DNA of 64,000 nt, taken from the NCBI GenBank assembly GCA_028277485.1, contig JANQGE010000057.1, positions 5,709 to 69,708 on the forward strand, written 5' to 3'. The notes under the pieces are model-generated. The model saw only the letters and a program-made list of their open reading frames with translations. It was not told where the DNA came from and ran no database searches. Source of the stretch: Chlorobium sp. Its GTDB lineage: Bacteria > Bacteroidota > Chlorobiia > Chlorobiales > Chlorobiaceae. A program made the translations under genes and the position numbers. This document shows positions 51,670 through 62,650 of the stretch, one piece after another (within the stretch, counting starts at the first letter, position 1; each line of letters starts with the position of its first letter).

Positions 51670-52050
51670 TATTTCGTGAATCATGATTTATTTAATCTAA
51701 TTTTATCGTTTAATAAATCATTGTTTTTTTTATGATAATTTCAAATTTTTTTCATAAAAGTGTTGATTTTTCTTTCCATTATTTGGAATTATTTTTTGCA
51801 TTTACAATATGGAATTTTTTTTATGTAATTCAATTTAAAATATTTTATTATAATATTTAATTGATTTTTGATTAATTATTTATTCTATTTATATGATTGT
51901 TGTTTTTTGTCGTTTTAATGTGAGTTGTTTTCTGTGATTTGTTTTCATTTTTTTTATTTGATTTTCTGATTAATGTGTTTTTTGTTTGGTGTTTTTTTTG
52001 ATTTTTTGATTTGTGTGTTGTCGCTGTAACTGTTTTACTGTTTTTGTTTT
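51670..52050. other. Extremely AT-rich, T-rich, C-depleted low-complexity tract
   Basis: Only 5 C (versus 28 G) in 51841-52020 by manual count; lies between two MITE copies. Confidence 0.8.
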
Positions 52051-52148
52051 TGAGGGCGCCTCCGCATGTGTTTCTTTCCGCATTCAGATGTATTGGTCGT
52101 TCTTTTTTTGGGTTTTTGCCTGCCGATAAGTAAAATAACGAAGAGTGA

Positions 52149-52269
52149 GGGCACCTCTTACGTTGTCGTAAGTCTCTTGAGGGTAAGCCGGAGTGCCCCG
52201 ACAAGCCGGGAGGTGAGGATTTCAAGCGCTGCCTGACGAAGCGTCAGGGCGCGCAACTGCAGAGGCGTC
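52149..52269 (+). mobile_element. Degenerate MITE-like repeat (family A variant)
   Basis: GGGCACCTCTTACGTTGTCGT...GAGGATTTCAAG...GACGAAGCGTCAGGGCGCGCAACTGCAGAGGCGTC. Confidence 0.7.
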
Positions 52270-52318
52270 TGTAACACTGCCCGCACTTTTTTCTTCAGAA
52301 CGATTTGCACCTGAGGTT

Positions 52319-53926
52319 ATGTCCCGTTTTTTCCAGGTACTGCTGATTGTCGCTGTTTTGTTTTTCGGGGTTCTGATCGGTTACGGACTCCGTAAAGGTC
52401 CTCCGGACGCTGTGTTTGGTCAGCAGAAAAAAATACTCGAAGCACTGAACACGATTTCAGCGCTGTATGTTGACGAAGTTGATGGTCAGAGGCTGGTTGA
52501 TTCGGGTATTGAAGGTATGACGCAGGATCTTGACCCGCATACGGCATATTTGAAAGCTGACCAGGTTCGTTTTTCGAATTCGGAATTTCAGGGTAATTTC
52601 GAAGGGATAGGCATTGAATTCGATATTGTACACGATACTCTCCTTGTAGTAACCCCTCTCGCGGGTGGTCCCAGCGAATCAGCCGGGATTATGGCGGGGG
52701 ACCGGATAGTGGTTATCGATTCTCTTTCTGCAGTGGGGTTGTCTCCGATGGAGGTGATCAGCAGGCTCCGGGGGGAAAAAGGTTCGGTCGTGACCCTTCA
52801 GATTTATCGGCCTTACACTTCGAGGATGCTGGTGGTCGATATTGTTCGCGACAAGATCCCGACTTACAGTGTCGATGCGTTTTTTATGCTTGATGAATCA
52901 ACCGGATATGTTCGGGTGAGCAGGTTTGTGGCTACCACGGCAAATGAGTTCAGGAATGCAATGGAAAAGCTGCTGGATCGGGGTATGCAGAAACTCATCA
53001 TTGACGTTCGCGGCAATCCTGGCGGATATCTTGACCAGGCTGTCGAGATTGCTGACGAGTTTCTCCCGGACGGCAAGCTTATCGTCTACACGAAAAGCCG
53101 GAACGGCGGATCTGATGAAATGCGTTATGTTGCAACACCGGGGGGTATTTTCGAAGAACGAAAGGTCATGGTGCTTGTTGACAGGGGGAGTGCGTCAGCC
53201 GCTGAAATCCTCGCCGGTGCTTTGCAGGATAACGGCAGGGCGGTGGTTGCAGGGGAGCTCACTTTCGGTAAGGGTCTGGTGCAGCGGCAGTTCGATTTTG
53301 AAGATGGTTCGGCAATACGTTTGACTATCGCAAGGTATTTTACCCCTTCAGGCAGGAGGATACAGCGTGATTACAGTCCCGGCAGTGAAGGAAGGGAAAA
53401 GTATTATCAGGAGAGTATGGAAGGCCGGGAAGGCGAGAAACTCTTTGAAGCGTCGAGCGGTTTACAGGTTGAAAGCGCTGTCGAGGGGATAGCGGTTTAC
53501 CGGCCTTCTCCTGACCCTTTCAAGGCATCGGGAGGGATATTGCCGGATTACTGGGTTGTAGGGCAGAAGATAGATGATTTTTACAGCAGGCTGTTAACGC
53601 AGGGAGTATTTGACGAAACGGCGCTGAACATTATTGATGATCCATCAACTTCTGTGAGACATTTCAGTGAAGATCTTCAAGGTTTCATCAGGAACTACTC
53701 GGAAGATGAAAAGGTGGAATACTACCTGCGGAAGGTCTGCAAGGAAAAGGGAATTGCGTTTGATGAAGCCGTTTTCGGGCGGGAGCGGAAAGGAATCGCT
53801 ATTGCCGTAAAGTCACGGATTGCCCGTCAGCTTTTCGGAATTGAAGCTCAGATAAGGGTTCTTGCGGAAGAATCTGACAAGATGCTGCAGTTTGCCCGCG
53901 ACTATATAAGCCGGGATGCCGCGTGA
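52319..53926 (+). CDS. S41 C-terminal processing peptidase (CtpA/Prc)
   Basis: LDPHT, GIGI PDZ domain, DVRGNPGG, SASAAE and TFGKG. Confidence 0.95.
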   Translation: MSRFFQVLLIVAVLFFGVLIGYGLRKGPPDAVFGQQKKILEALNTISALYVDEVDGQRLVDSGIEGMTQDLDPHTAYLKADQVRFSNSEFQGNFEGIGIEFDIVHDTLLVVTPLAGGPSESAGIMAGDRIVVIDSLSAVGLSPMEVISRLRGEKGSVVTLQIYRPYTSRMLVVDIVRDKIPTYSVDAFFMLDESTGYVRVSRFVATTANEFRNAMEKLLDRGMQKLIIDVRGNPGGYLDQAVEIADEFLPDGKLIVYTKSRNGGSDEMRYVATPGGIFEERKVMVLVDRGSASAAEILAGALQDNGRAVVAGELTFGKGLVQRQFDFEDGSAIRLTIARYFTPSGRRIQRDYSPGSEGREKYYQESMEGREGEKLFEASSGLQVESAVEGIAVYRPSPDPFKASGGILPDYWVVGQKIDDFYSRLLTQGVFDETALNIIDDPSTSVRHFSEDLQGFIRNYSEDEKVEYYLRKVCKEKGIAFDEAVFGRERKGIAIAVKSRIARQLFGIEAQIRVLAEESDKMLQFARDYISRDAA

Positions 53927-53994
53927 CTGCACTTTGCTGTGCTTTCAGCGGACGTAAAAAGTTTATATCTTCCTAAATCAAAGTTTCCTTGCCT

Positions 53995-54651
53995 ATGTCT
54001 TTGCTCGAAAAGATCCAGAACAACACCTGTTCACTGCGTCTGCAGAAAGACTGGCTGCAAATTTACACCTGTCCGGTGCCGACGTCCGAATTTCTGTCAT
54101 TTGTCGGCATCGCGGTTATCGATGTGCCGCAGCATAGCGTGCTTCATCTGCTTTACGATCTTGATGCTGCAACTGAATGGGTCTGGAAGACAAGGGAGAT
54201 GAGGATTCTGCAGGAGCTTTCGGGCAACCAGGGCAGGATTGTCTATCAACTGGTCAATGCACCGTGGCCTCTTGCAGACCGGGAAATTATCAGCCAGTCT
54301 CAAGGGTACAAAGATCCCAAGACATCCGAAATTTTTATCAAAATCACCGCTGTTCCCGATTTTCTGCCTGAAGACAGCAATTATGTGCGCGTTCGGCAGC
54401 TCGAGGGCGCCTGGAATATCATGCCGCTTTCCGAGAATCAGTGCAGGGTTGTTTTCAGGGTGCACCTCGAACCCGGTGGGGAGATACCTTCATGGCTTGC
54501 AAACATCGCGGTTATCGATACACCCTATCACACAATGGCTAACATGCGGGAGATGGTAAAGCGTGAAAAATACAAGACTCCGATTGAGGTTCCTTTTACA
54601 CGTTCAGCAAAAAATATAGATCAAAACTACAAGGAGTTTATTACCGAATAA
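53995..54651 (+). CDS. START-domain lipid-binding protein
   Basis: [14 protein letters not shown] and [12 protein letters not shown] motifs. Confidence 0.88.
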   Translation: MSLLEKIQNNTCSLRLQKDWLQIYTCPVPTSEFLSFVGIAVIDVPQHSVLHLLYDLDAATEWVWKTREMRILQELSGNQGRIVYQLVNAPWPLADREIISQSQGYKDPKTSEIFIKITAVPDFLPEDSNYVRVRQLEGAWNIMPLSENQCRVVFRVHLEPGGEIPSWLANIAVIDTPYHTMANMREMVKREKYKTPIEVPFTRSAKNIDQNYKEFITE

Positions 54652-54714
54652 GGGTACCTCTAAATATACGCCACACATCTGAAGTATTTTTCAATTGTAA
54701 ACAGTAACAGCAGT

Positions 54715-55338
54715 ATGGATTTTGAGCGTGCAAGGGAAGACGAGTGGGAGTTTCGCGTCGAGCACAAGAATATCAGGGTATATTCAGCAAAGATGAAAAA
54801 TTCTCACAACCTCGGGTTCAAAGGCATAATAGAATTCCCTGTATCGCTCAGGCGGCTGATCAGCCTTTTTCATGATACCGGCAGTTACAAGCGCTGGGTA
54901 CATCAGCTTGCCAGTATGCAGGTGCTTGAAAAGGGCAGCAACCTCGAGTACGTTATCCACCAGGTTATCAATACGCCGTGGCCTTTTCCGAAACGGGAGA
55001 TGATTGTCCGTACAGGGCTTGATGTTGAAGGGGATAACGGCATTGCGGTGACGATGAAGGCCGAGCCTGACTATCTTCCTAAAAAGCCGGGGTATTTCAG
55101 GATTCGGGAAACATACGGAAGGTGGGTTTTTGAGCCGCTGGCAAACGATGTCGTTCGCATTACGTTCATCATGCATGTGAACCCGGGCGAAGATGTGCCG
55201 CCTCCAATGAGCAACACGGCAATGTTTGAGGTTCCGTTTTACTCTCTTCAGAACCTGAGAAGCCTGGCTTTTGATAACGCCTATAATCCGCCATATCCTC
55301 AAGAGGTCGACGAGTATATCTCTATAAGTGAAACATGA
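54715..55338 (+). CDS. START-domain lipid-binding protein (tandem paralogue)
   Basis: [15 protein letters not shown] and NPGEDVP motifs. Confidence 0.88.
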   Translation: MDFERAREDEWEFRVEHKNIRVYSAKMKNSHNLGFKGIIEFPVSLRRLISLFHDTGSYKRWVHQLASMQVLEKGSNLEYVIHQVINTPWPFPKREMIVRTGLDVEGDNGIAVTMKAEPDYLPKKPGYFRIRETYGRWVFEPLANDVVRITFIMHVNPGEDVPPPMSNTAMFEVPFYSLQNLRSLAFDNAYNPPYPQEVDEYISISET

Positions 55339-55377
55339 CGCCGGCTTTTCTGCTGAATCGTCGGGTTTCGGGAGAGT

Positions 55378-55773
55378 AGTGACAAGTAACGAGTGACAAG
55401 GGGGGGGGGCCAGCAGTTCTTGAATCGGAAATCGGGGTCGGTATCGGGTTTCGGGGTCGAAATGGGAGTTTGGCAGAGTGTTTCGATACCGATAGCGATA
55501 GCGGCGGCGAACTCCGAAAGAGAAGAGACGGACAAAAATCCTGGTTCTTCTTGCAGCGTGTAACAGTGGTAACGAAACGTGAAGGAAGAAGATACTCGAT
55601 TCAAAAGGATGCAGCCAAACAATAAGTCTGAAATAAATGCCGGCAGTTCTTGAGTCGGAAATCGGGGTCGGATTGAATCAGTTGGCAGTTTTCAGTAGGC
55701 AGTTGGCAAAAGAATAGTGACAAGTAACAAGTGACAAAGTGCTTTAAATCAACTTGTCACTCGTCACTGTTAC
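55378..55773. repeat. Nested repeat cassette: heptamer patches, 30-bp direct repeats and family B core
   Basis: AGTGACAAGTAAC(G/A)AGTGACAA at 55378 and 55716; GCAGTTCTTGA(A/G)TCGGAAATCGGGGTCGG at ~55412 and ~55642 (230 bp apart); core 55505-55642 is similar to 62701-62836. Confidence 0.8.
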
Positions 55774-55776
55774 TTT

Positions 55777-56775
55777 TTACATTTTGGCTTGCGTGTTGAA
55801 ATGTTCGCGGCAGACTCTGAGCAGCTTTTCAGGGTTGACCGGCACCGCTCCGACCTCCTGACAAACCGTTCCGGCAGCAAGATTGGCTATTTTTGCACTT
55901 GTTTCGATGTCCAGCCCTGCGGCAAATCCCAGGGAAAGGATACCGATAACGGTGTCTCCGGCGCCTGAGACGTCGGCAACATCGAGTGACGCGGCCGGAA
56001 TGTGGGTAAAACGGTCATTGCATACCGTCAGACCCTTTTCGCTTCGCGTCACGACAAGGTGCTCGCAACGTAACTTTTCTTTAAGCATGAGACAGGCATG
56101 CTCGATGTCGCTGTCCATGTTTTTCAGGGCGATGCCCAGAGATGAAGCAATTTCCGTAAGGTTTGGCTTGAAAACCGTGCAGCCGCTGTAGTTGAAAAAC
56201 CCTTCCGATTTCGGGTCGACAAAGACCGGCACAGCATGTGAGGAAGCTAACGTTATGATCCTGTTGACAAGGGCAGGGGTCAGCACGCCCTTGTTATAAT
56301 CCTGAAGCACTAAAGCATCGAGAGAGCCTATGGTTTCCCTGAGGTGCTTCTCGATGAAGCTTTCGGCGGTTCCCGAGATGGCTTTTCGGCTTTCATAATC
56401 AACCCTCGCGATGTGATGGTTCTGGGAGAGAATCCTGGTTTTGCAGGTTGTCGGCCTGTCCGGATCGCTGAAAAGATGTTCCGTGGAAAGTCCGTGTTTT
56501 TCAACCAACTCCATCAGGGCTTCAGCGTTGCCGTCCTGCCCGGTGACGCCGAAAAGCGTCGTATCCGCTCCCATGGCATGGATGTTGACGCCCACGTTGG
56601 CGGCTCCGCCCAGTCTCATCGTTTCATTCGAAACGTCGACGACAGGAACGGGGTATTCGGGCGAGATTCGTGATACATGTCCGAAAATGTACCTGTCGAG
56701 CATGATGTCTCCGATAACCGCTATCCTTTTGTTTTCGAATGACTTGAACAGTGCATCAATATTCATGTCATGCAT
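55777..56775 (-). CDS. rfaE1: D-glycero-beta-D-manno-heptose-7-phosphate kinase (RfaE domain I / HldE N-terminal)
   Basis: IGDIMLDRY...[32 protein letters not shown] and DVSGAGDT. Start among ATG 56796, 56775 and 56766. Confidence 0.92.
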   Translation of the reverse strand: MHDMNIDALFKSFENKRIAVIGDIMLDRYIFGHVSRISPEYPVPVVDVSNETMRLGGAANVGVNIHAMGADTTLFGVTGQDGNAEALMELVEKHGLSTEHLFSDPDRPTTCKTRILSQNHHIARVDYESRKAISGTAESFIEKHLRETIGSLDALVLQDYNKGVLTPALVNRIITLASSHAVPVFVDPKSEGFFNYSGCTVFKPNLTEIASSLGIALKNMDSDIEHACLMLKEKLRCEHLVVTRSEKGLTVCNDRFTHIPAASLDVADVSGAGDTVIGILSLGFAAGLDIETSAKIANLAAGTVCQEVGAVPVNPEKLLRVCREHFNTQAKM

Positions 56776-57003
56776 GGTGAGGTGTTTTTTTCGCATTGAA
56801 TGCTTAATATCCGGTGTCGGGTGCCCGGAATGTGCAACGCTTATTGTAAGGGAATATATAAAAGCGTTAGAGATATAAAAGAGGTGCCCGTGAAACATCC
56901 GGGGCGGTGAGGAAGGGGAGATAGTCTTTTATTTTTGTGCTTTTTTTGTTATACTTAAAGCTATCCATTTTTAGCTCTTGCATGGTGAATAAAGTCTTGT
57001 GCG

Positions 57004-58353
57004 ATGTTTGATAATTTAAGCGACAAGTTAGAGGCGACTTTTAAAAAGCTGGCCGGACAGGCAACGATCAATGAAGTCAATATCGGCATAGCCATGCGTG
57101 ATATCAAGCGGGCTTTGCTGGGTGCCGACGTCAACTACAAGGTTACCAAGAAATTTGTTGAAGAGGTCAGGGAGAAAGCTTTGGGCCAGGATGTCGTCAA
57201 GAGTGTTGCTCCCGCACAGATGATCGTTAAAATAGTCAGTGATGAGCTGACCGAAGTTATGGGTGGCGAAAACAAGCCGCTCAACCTGACAACAAAAAAG
57301 CTTCCGGCCGTCGTGATGGTTGCCGGTCTGCAGGGATCGGGTAAGACCACCTTTTGTGCGAAGCTGGCAAAGCGTTTGAAGAAGAACGGCAAACGTCCTC
57401 TGCTGGTCGCGGCTGATGTCTATCGCCCTGCGGCTGTAGAACAGCTTAAAACACTTGGTGAGCAGATTGAAGTTCCGGTGTTTTCTTTGGAGAAGCCGGA
57501 TGCGTTGAGGGCTGCTCTCGAGGGCGTTGATTCGGCAAGAAGCAACGGCAACGATGTTGCTGTCATCGATACGGCCGGACGTTTACAGGTTGACGAGGCC
57601 ATGATGGCTGAAGCCGAGGCTCTCAAGGAACAACTGAAGCCCGAAGAACTCCTGTTTGTTGTGGATGCCATGATGGGGCAGGAGGCGGTCAATACTGCAA
57701 AAGTGTTCAACGAGCGTCTTGATTTTGACGGTGTGGTGCTGACGAAACTCGACGGAGACGCCAGAGGAGGTGCGGCACTTTCGATCAAGCAGGTTGTCGA
57801 CAAGCCGATCAAATTCATGAGTGTCGGCGAGAAGGTCGATGATCTGGATCTTTTTTATCCTGACCGTATGGCCCAGCGTATCCTTGGTATGGGCGATATT
57901 GTCAGTTTCGTTGAAAAGGCCCAGGATACGCTTGATCTTGAGAAAACGCGCAAGATGCAGTCCCGCCTGCTGAAAAACGAGTTTGATCTCGACGATTTTT
58001 TTGAACAGCTTCAGCAGTTGAAAAAAATGGGTTCAATCCAGGGACTCGTTGAAATGGTGCCCGGTCTCAACAAGATGATTCCGAAACAGGATCTTGACGG
58101 CCTTGATTTCAAGCCCATAGAAGCGATTATCTCTTCCATGACGAAAGAGGAGCGGGCGACTCCTGAAATTATCAACGGCAGCCGCAGGCAGAGAATTGCA
58201 AAAGGGAGCGGTACGCGTGTTCAGGATGTCAACATGCTGCTCAAGCAGTTCAAGGAGATGAAGAAGATGATGAGCTCGGTAACAAAGATGACCAACTCGG
58301 GCCGCAAGATACTGCCTCAGAATCTGCCGCTTGAAAAGCTTTTGAAACGATAA
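57004..58353 (+). CDS. ffh: Signal recognition particle protein
   Basis: [24 protein letters not shown] and Met-rich M domain. Confidence 0.98.
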   Translation: MFDNLSDKLEATFKKLAGQATINEVNIGIAMRDIKRALLGADVNYKVTKKFVEEVREKALGQDVVKSVAPAQMIVKIVSDELTEVMGGENKPLNLTTKKLPAVVMVAGLQGSGKTTFCAKLAKRLKKNGKRPLLVAADVYRPAAVEQLKTLGEQIEVPVFSLEKPDALRAALEGVDSARSNGNDVAVIDTAGRLQVDEAMMAEAEALKEQLKPEELLFVVDAMMGQEAVNTAKVFNERLDFDGVVLTKLDGDARGGAALSIKQVVDKPIKFMSVGEKVDDLDLFYPDRMAQRILGMGDIVSFVEKAQDTLDLEKTRKMQSRLLKNEFDLDDFFEQLQQLKKMGSIQGLVEMVPGLNKMIPKQDLDGLDFKPIEAIISSMTKEERATPEIINGSRRQRIAKGSGTRVQDVNMLLKQFKEMKKMMSSVTKMTNSGRKILPQNLPLEKLLKR

Positions 58354-58393
58354 CAGTTTGTTTTTTTACAACTAACTAAAAAATCTATAACCA

Positions 58394-58819
58394 TTGGTTA
58401 AAATAAGACTTAGAAGAGCTGGAAGAAAAAAGCTGCCTTTTTACCAAATCGTGGCTGCCGATGCGCGCGCCCCGAGAGACGGTAAGTTCCTTGAGGTGAT
58501 CGGTCACTACCAGCCGACGGCAAAGCCCCATGCAATTACAATAGACAAGGAGCGGACGGCTTACTGGCTCGGGGTCGGTGCGCAGCCGACAACAACCGTA
58601 CGCAGTCTTATCCGTGCTACCGGTCTTCTGCATGAGCTGAACATGAAGCGCCGGGGCCGGAGTGATGAAGAGGTGACTGCTGAGATGGAAAAATGGCAGG
58701 CTCGTGAAACCGAAAGAAGACAAAAAAGGCTTGCGGTCAAAACACGTCGCCGTCAGGCGAAAAAAGCAGCAGAAACCCAGGAGCCGGCAGTTTCAGCCAA
58801 AGCGGAGGGTGACGGGTAA
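58394..58819 (+). CDS. rpsP: 30S ribosomal protein S16 (C-terminally extended)
   Basis: [34 protein letters not shown]. Confidence 0.97.
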   Translation: MVKIRLRRAGRKKLPFYQIVAADARAPRDGKFLEVIGHYQPTAKPHAITIDKERTAYWLGVGAQPTTTVRSLIRATGLLHELNMKRRGRSDEEVTAEMEKWQARETERRQKRLAVKTRRRQAKKAAETQEPAVSAKAEGDG

Positions 58820-58873
58820 GCTTTTGCCGTCAGGCTTGTGCTATATTCAAAACCGTTTTTTTGAAGTGTTCCT

Positions 58874-59383
58874 ATGAAGGAGGAGCTGTACCTGGCAGGC
58901 AGAATCCTTAAGCCGAAAGGCCTGAAGGGCGAAGTGAAGGTGTTGCCGGTTACGGATTTTCCTGAGAGTTTTCTTGACCGAAAGGTCTTTTATGTTGGGA
59001 AAACCGAGGAGGAGGCGATGTGCTGCCGGGTTCTCCACGCGGTTTTGCGCAAAGGGTTCGCTTATCTTCTTTTTTCGGGTATAAACAGCAGAGAGAAGGC
59101 AGAAGCAATAGCGGGACATAAGGTGTATGTGTCGGCTGATGAATTAATTCCGCTTTCTCCTGACAGGGCGTATCTTCATGAGTTGAGAGGTTTGAAGGTA
59201 CTCAGTGAATCTCGCGAGGAGGTCGGTATCCTGAGTGACGTTCTGAAAATGCCGGCTCATGAGGTTTATGAGGTACAGTACGGCATACGCAGGGTTCTGA
59301 TCCCTGCAATCGAGGAATTTGTTGAGGAGATTGATATAGAAAAAGGATATATGGTGCTCAAAAGGTTCGACGAGTTCCTGTAA
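58874..59383 (+). CDS. rimM: Ribosome maturation factor RimM
   Basis: [18 protein letters not shown] and [10 protein letters not shown]; position in the rpsP-rimM-trmD-rplS operon. Confidence 0.95.
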   Translation: MKEELYLAGRILKPKGLKGEVKVLPVTDFPESFLDRKVFYVGKTEEEAMCCRVLHAVLRKGFAYLLFSGINSREKAEAIAGHKVYVSADELIPLSPDRAYLHELRGLKVLSESREEVGILSDVLKMPAHEVYEVQYGIRRVLIPAIEEFVEEIDIEKGYMVLKRFDEFL

Positions 59384-59427
59384 ATCCCCGAGCTGTTCTT
59401 TTGCAATTTGTTGAAAAATCTCTGCTG

Positions 59428-60138
59428 ATGGCGCCGTTGCGGATTGATGTCATTTCGGTTATTCCCGGTTTTTTTGAATCGCCCCTCAACAAGGGGATAT
59501 TCGGCATAGCCCGGAAAAAAGAGCTGGTCGATATACATGTTCATAATCTGCATGATTACGGTTTGGGCAGATACAAGCAGGTCGATGACACTCCTTTCGG
59601 AGGCGGTGCTGGGATGGTAATCAGGCCCGAACCGGTGTTTGCCTGTATTGAAAAGCTTTTGGCCGAAAGGTCTTACGACGCGGTGATTTTTATGACACCG
59701 GACGGCCGTAAACTTGATCAGCCCACGGCAAACCGGCTTTCAGTAACGAAAAATCTGATTATATTGTGCGGCCATTATAAGGCCGTTGACGAAAGGGTCC
59801 GGAAAAAACTTGTCACCATGGAGTTGTCGGTTGGCGACATTGTGCTTTCAGGCGGTGAAATTCCAGCTCTGCTTTTAATGGATGCAGCAATAAGGCTTAT
59901 TCCCGGCGCTCTGGGTGACAGTGAATCAGCCTTAACCGATTCGTTTCAGACAGGTATACTCGATTGCGAGTATTATACCCGGCCGGCTGAATTCAGGGGG
60001 ATGCGTGTCCCCGATGTGCTGTTGTCGGGTCATCATAAAAAAATCGAAGAGTGGAAGAACAGGAATGCTCTGGAACGTACAGCGGAAAGGCGGCCTGACC
60101 TTCTTGACGGGGATATAGAAGAGTTAAAGGAAAAATAA
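59428..60138 (+). CDS. trmD: tRNA (guanine37-N1)-methyltransferase
   Basis: [33 protein letters not shown] and YTRP. Confidence 0.97.
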   Translation: MAPLRIDVISVIPGFFESPLNKGIFGIARKKELVDIHVHNLHDYGLGRYKQVDDTPFGGGAGMVIRPEPVFACIEKLLAERSYDAVIFMTPDGRKLDQPTANRLSVTKNLIILCGHYKAVDERVRKKLVTMELSVGDIVLSGGEIPALLLMDAAIRLIPGALGDSESALTDSFQTGILDCEYYTRPAEFRGMRVPDVLLSGHHKKIEEWKNRNALERTAERRPDLLDGDIEELKEK

Positions 60139-60153
60139 AGAATAAACACTATC

Positions 60154-60519
60154 ATGGATCAGTTAATTCAGTTGGTCGAGGCAGCGCAGGAACGGAGCGA
60201 CTTGCCGGAAATTTATCCGGGAGATACGGTGAGAATGCAGATGAAAGTTATCGAAGGCGAGAAAGAGCGTCTGCAGGCTTTTGAAGGGGTCGTTATCAGT
60301 GAAAGAGGAACCGGCGCATCGAAAACCGTAACCGTTCGCAAGATTTCCAACGGCATCGGGGTCGAGCGTATAATTCCTTTGAACTCGCCGAACATTGAAA
60401 ACATCAAGGTGCTGAGAAGCGGTAAGACCCGCCGTGCGAAACTGTTCTATCTCAGGAAGCGCACGGGTAAGGCGGCTTTGAAGGTCAAGGAGCGCAAGGC
60501 TGCGCCATCCTCAAATTGA
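60154..60519 (+). CDS. rplS: 50S ribosomal protein L19
   Basis: PGDTV...[11 protein letters not shown]...GVERI...RRAKLFYLR. Confidence 0.98.
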   Translation: MDQLIQLVEAAQERSDLPEIYPGDTVRMQMKVIEGEKERLQAFEGVVISERGTGASKTVTVRKISNGIGVERIIPLNSPNIENIKVLRSGKTRRAKLFYLRKRTGKAALKVKERKAAPSSN

Positions 60520-60632
60520 GGGCATTCTCTGCGTTGTCGTGAGTCCGGGGTGTGTCGGGGTCAACTGCGGACATGCGGATTTCGGGCTCCGCTCGACGAA
60601 GCAATCGAGCAGTGGAGTACATAGAGGTGCCC
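60520..60632 (+). mobile_element. Degenerate MITE-like repeat (family A) directly after the rplS stop
   Basis: GGGCATTCTC...TTGTCGTGAG...GGATTTCGGGCTCCG...GACGAAGCAATCGAG...ATAGAGGTGCCC|TTAA. Confidence 0.7.
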
Positions 60633-60694
60633 TTAAGACTCATCATACGGTTTAAAGAGTACCGTTGCGCAGTATTCGCAGATTGCGTACAATG

Positions 60695-60727
60695 AAAAAA
60701 GCCTGGCATGTGTCAGGCTCTTTTTTT
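60695..60727 (+). terminator. Rho-independent terminator of the rplS operon
   Basis: AAAAAAGCCTGGCA-TG-TGTCAGGCTC-TTTTTTT. Confidence 0.7.
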
Positions 60728-60800
60728 GCCGCCCGGCCCATCCGGCGGCAGGGCTTGCCGCGCGCGATTCTTTTTCCTTTTGAATGTTGACGTTAGCCTT

Positions 60801-61643
60801 ATGCTTGCAATCGGTGAATATACGCTGCAGACGCTTGATGTTCAGTATTTCAGCCTTGACGGCGGTTCAATTTTCGGAGTGGTCCCGAAGGTGCTGTGGG
60901 AGAAAATGATTGCTCCCGACCATCTCAACAGGGTCAGGCTGTCAATGCGGGTTCTGCTTATCAGGGGAAAGGGCAGGAACATTCTTGTCGACGCTGCAAT
61001 GGGTACGGCCTGGAGTGAGAAGATGAAGCAGATATACGATCTGTCTGAATGGCGTCTGGACGAAGAACTGCAGCGTGCGGATCTGAAACGCCGGGATATC
61101 ACGGATGTTGTTTTTACACACCTGCATTTCGATCACGTTGCGGGCGCATTCGAAGAAAGGGATGGCAGGCTTGTTTCGGTTTTTCCCAATGCCCGTTTTT
61201 ACGTTCAGAGGAAGAACTACGAGGCAGCATCCCGGCCAAACATGAAGGAAAAGTCCAGTTATGTTTTCCCGTTTATTGAAGCTCTGGAAAAAAGCGGATC
61301 GATGGAACTGATTGACGGTTGTGTCGAGTTATTGCCGGGGGTGGAGATGATTCTCCGCGGTAACGGGCATACGGCAGGGCATCAACTGGTCAGGATCACC
61401 GGAAATGACAAGACGCTGGTTCATGGCGGCGATCTTATTCCATCATCGGCCCATCTTGCCGTTACGAGGGGGCTTGCTTTTGATATTGCTCCGCTCGAGG
61501 TGATCCGCGATAAAATTGCGTTGTTGAACGATCTGCTTGAAAAGCGTTGGCTGCTTTACTTTGCTCACGACCCGTTTATCGAGGCTGCGACAGTTCGCCG
61601 GGGTGAAAAGCATGTTGTTGTCGATAAAATGGTGAAAGTGTGA
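60801..61643 (+). CDS. MBL-fold metallo-hydrolase (YtnP-like)
   Basis: [31 protein letters not shown] and HDP. Confidence 0.92.
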   Translation: MLAIGEYTLQTLDVQYFSLDGGSIFGVVPKVLWEKMIAPDHLNRVRLSMRVLLIRGKGRNILVDAAMGTAWSEKMKQIYDLSEWRLDEELQRADLKRRDITDVVFTHLHFDHVAGAFEERDGRLVSVFPNARFYVQRKNYEAASRPNMKEKSSYVFPFIEALEKSGSMELIDGCVELLPGVEMILRGNGHTAGHQLVRITGNDKTLVHGGDLIPSSAHLAVTRGLAFDIAPLEVIRDKIALLNDLLEKRWLLYFAHDPFIEAATVRRGEKHVVVDKMVKV

Positions 61644-61737
61644 AGTCGAAGCGTTAATCGTATTTGTAATTGGAAAGAACAGTGTCGCACGGAGGCTTGG
61701 GGTGGACAGGGGTGGAATTTTCGGAAAGGGATGTCGA

Positions 61738-62556
61738 ATGGGGCTCGATCAACAGCAGATACAGCGTTTTCAGGAGAAAGTTTTTGCTTTCTACCGTGAA
61801 AACAAGAGGCGGTTTCCCTGGAGAGAGACAACCGACCGTTACGCTGTCATGGTCAGTGAGATGATGCTTCAGCAGACACAGGCCGAGCGTGTTATCGACA
61901 AGTTTCTCTCATGGCTGGATCGTTTTCCCGATATCCGTTCCCTTGCTGACGCATCATTGAAAGAGGTTTTGTTTTACTGGAGCGGACTCGGTTACAATGC
62001 CAGGGGGCAGCGCCTGCACCGTTGCGCAAAGATCATCGCCGTTGAATATTCATCGGTTGTGCCGCCGTCACCTGAAGAACTGATCAAGCTTCCGGGCATT
62101 GGTGTCTACTCATCCCGTTCGATACCGATTTTTGCGGACAATCTTGATATTGCCGCTGTCGATACCAATATCAGGAGAATATGTATCCATGAGCTCGGAT
62201 TACCCGAAACCATCCGGGCGGGTGAATTGCTTGCCGTGGCAGGAGAAGTGCTTCCCCTTGGGAGAAGCCGTGACTGGCATAATGCGCTGATGGATTACGG
62301 TGCTCTGGTTCTGACCGGACGGCGAACCGGAATACGTGCGCTCACTCGACAGTCCAAATTCAAAGGGTCAAAACGGTGGTACAGGGGCAGAATCATCAGC
62401 GATCTTGTTGGCGTCGTGGATGGAATGGTTCTCGAGGAGTTTACCGAACGGTACGGTGAGCAGGTTGTTGCTGTTCTTGCCGAACTTGAGCAGGAAGGTC
62501 TTGTAGAGCGTTCTCCTGATGAAGCCCCCAATCCTTATTACAAAATCCCGGACTGA
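61738..62556 (+). CDS. mutY: Short MutY-like HhH-GPD adenine glycosylase lacking the Fe-S cysteines
   Basis: [33 protein letters not shown] and ALMDYG; no Cys cluster after ALMDYG. Confidence 0.8.
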   Translation: MGLDQQQIQRFQEKVFAFYRENKRRFPWRETTDRYAVMVSEMMLQQTQAERVIDKFLSWLDRFPDIRSLADASLKEVLFYWSGLGYNARGQRLHRCAKIIAVEYSSVVPPSPEELIKLPGIGVYSSRSIPIFADNLDIAAVDTNIRRICIHELGLPETIRAGELLAVAGEVLPLGRSRDWHNALMDYGALVLTGRRTGIRALTRQSKFKGSKRWYRGRIISDLVGVVDGMVLEEFTERYGEQVVAVLAELEQEGLVERSPDEAPNPYYKIPD

Positions 62557-62650
62557 CACTACGCCTGTTAAGCTGTTGATGTGTTGCATCGTTGATCATC
62601 TCGTACTTGGCGAAGCAGTGATCGTACTCATCGTCGAAAGAAACAGAAAC

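Noticed and set aside
51670-52050. Replication origin (DUE) interpretation of the AT-rich tract
   Set aside because: No TTATCCACA-like DnaA boxes and no dnaA/gidA neighbours were seen; kept only as an unexplained tract.
51872-52225. 117-aa Lys/Asn/Thr-rich ORF
   Set aside because: Translation of the low-complexity T-rich strand plus MITE sequence; not credible as a gene.
58394-58819. Long charged C-terminal tail on S16
   Set aside because: Common in Bacteroidota/Chlorobi S16; not unusual.
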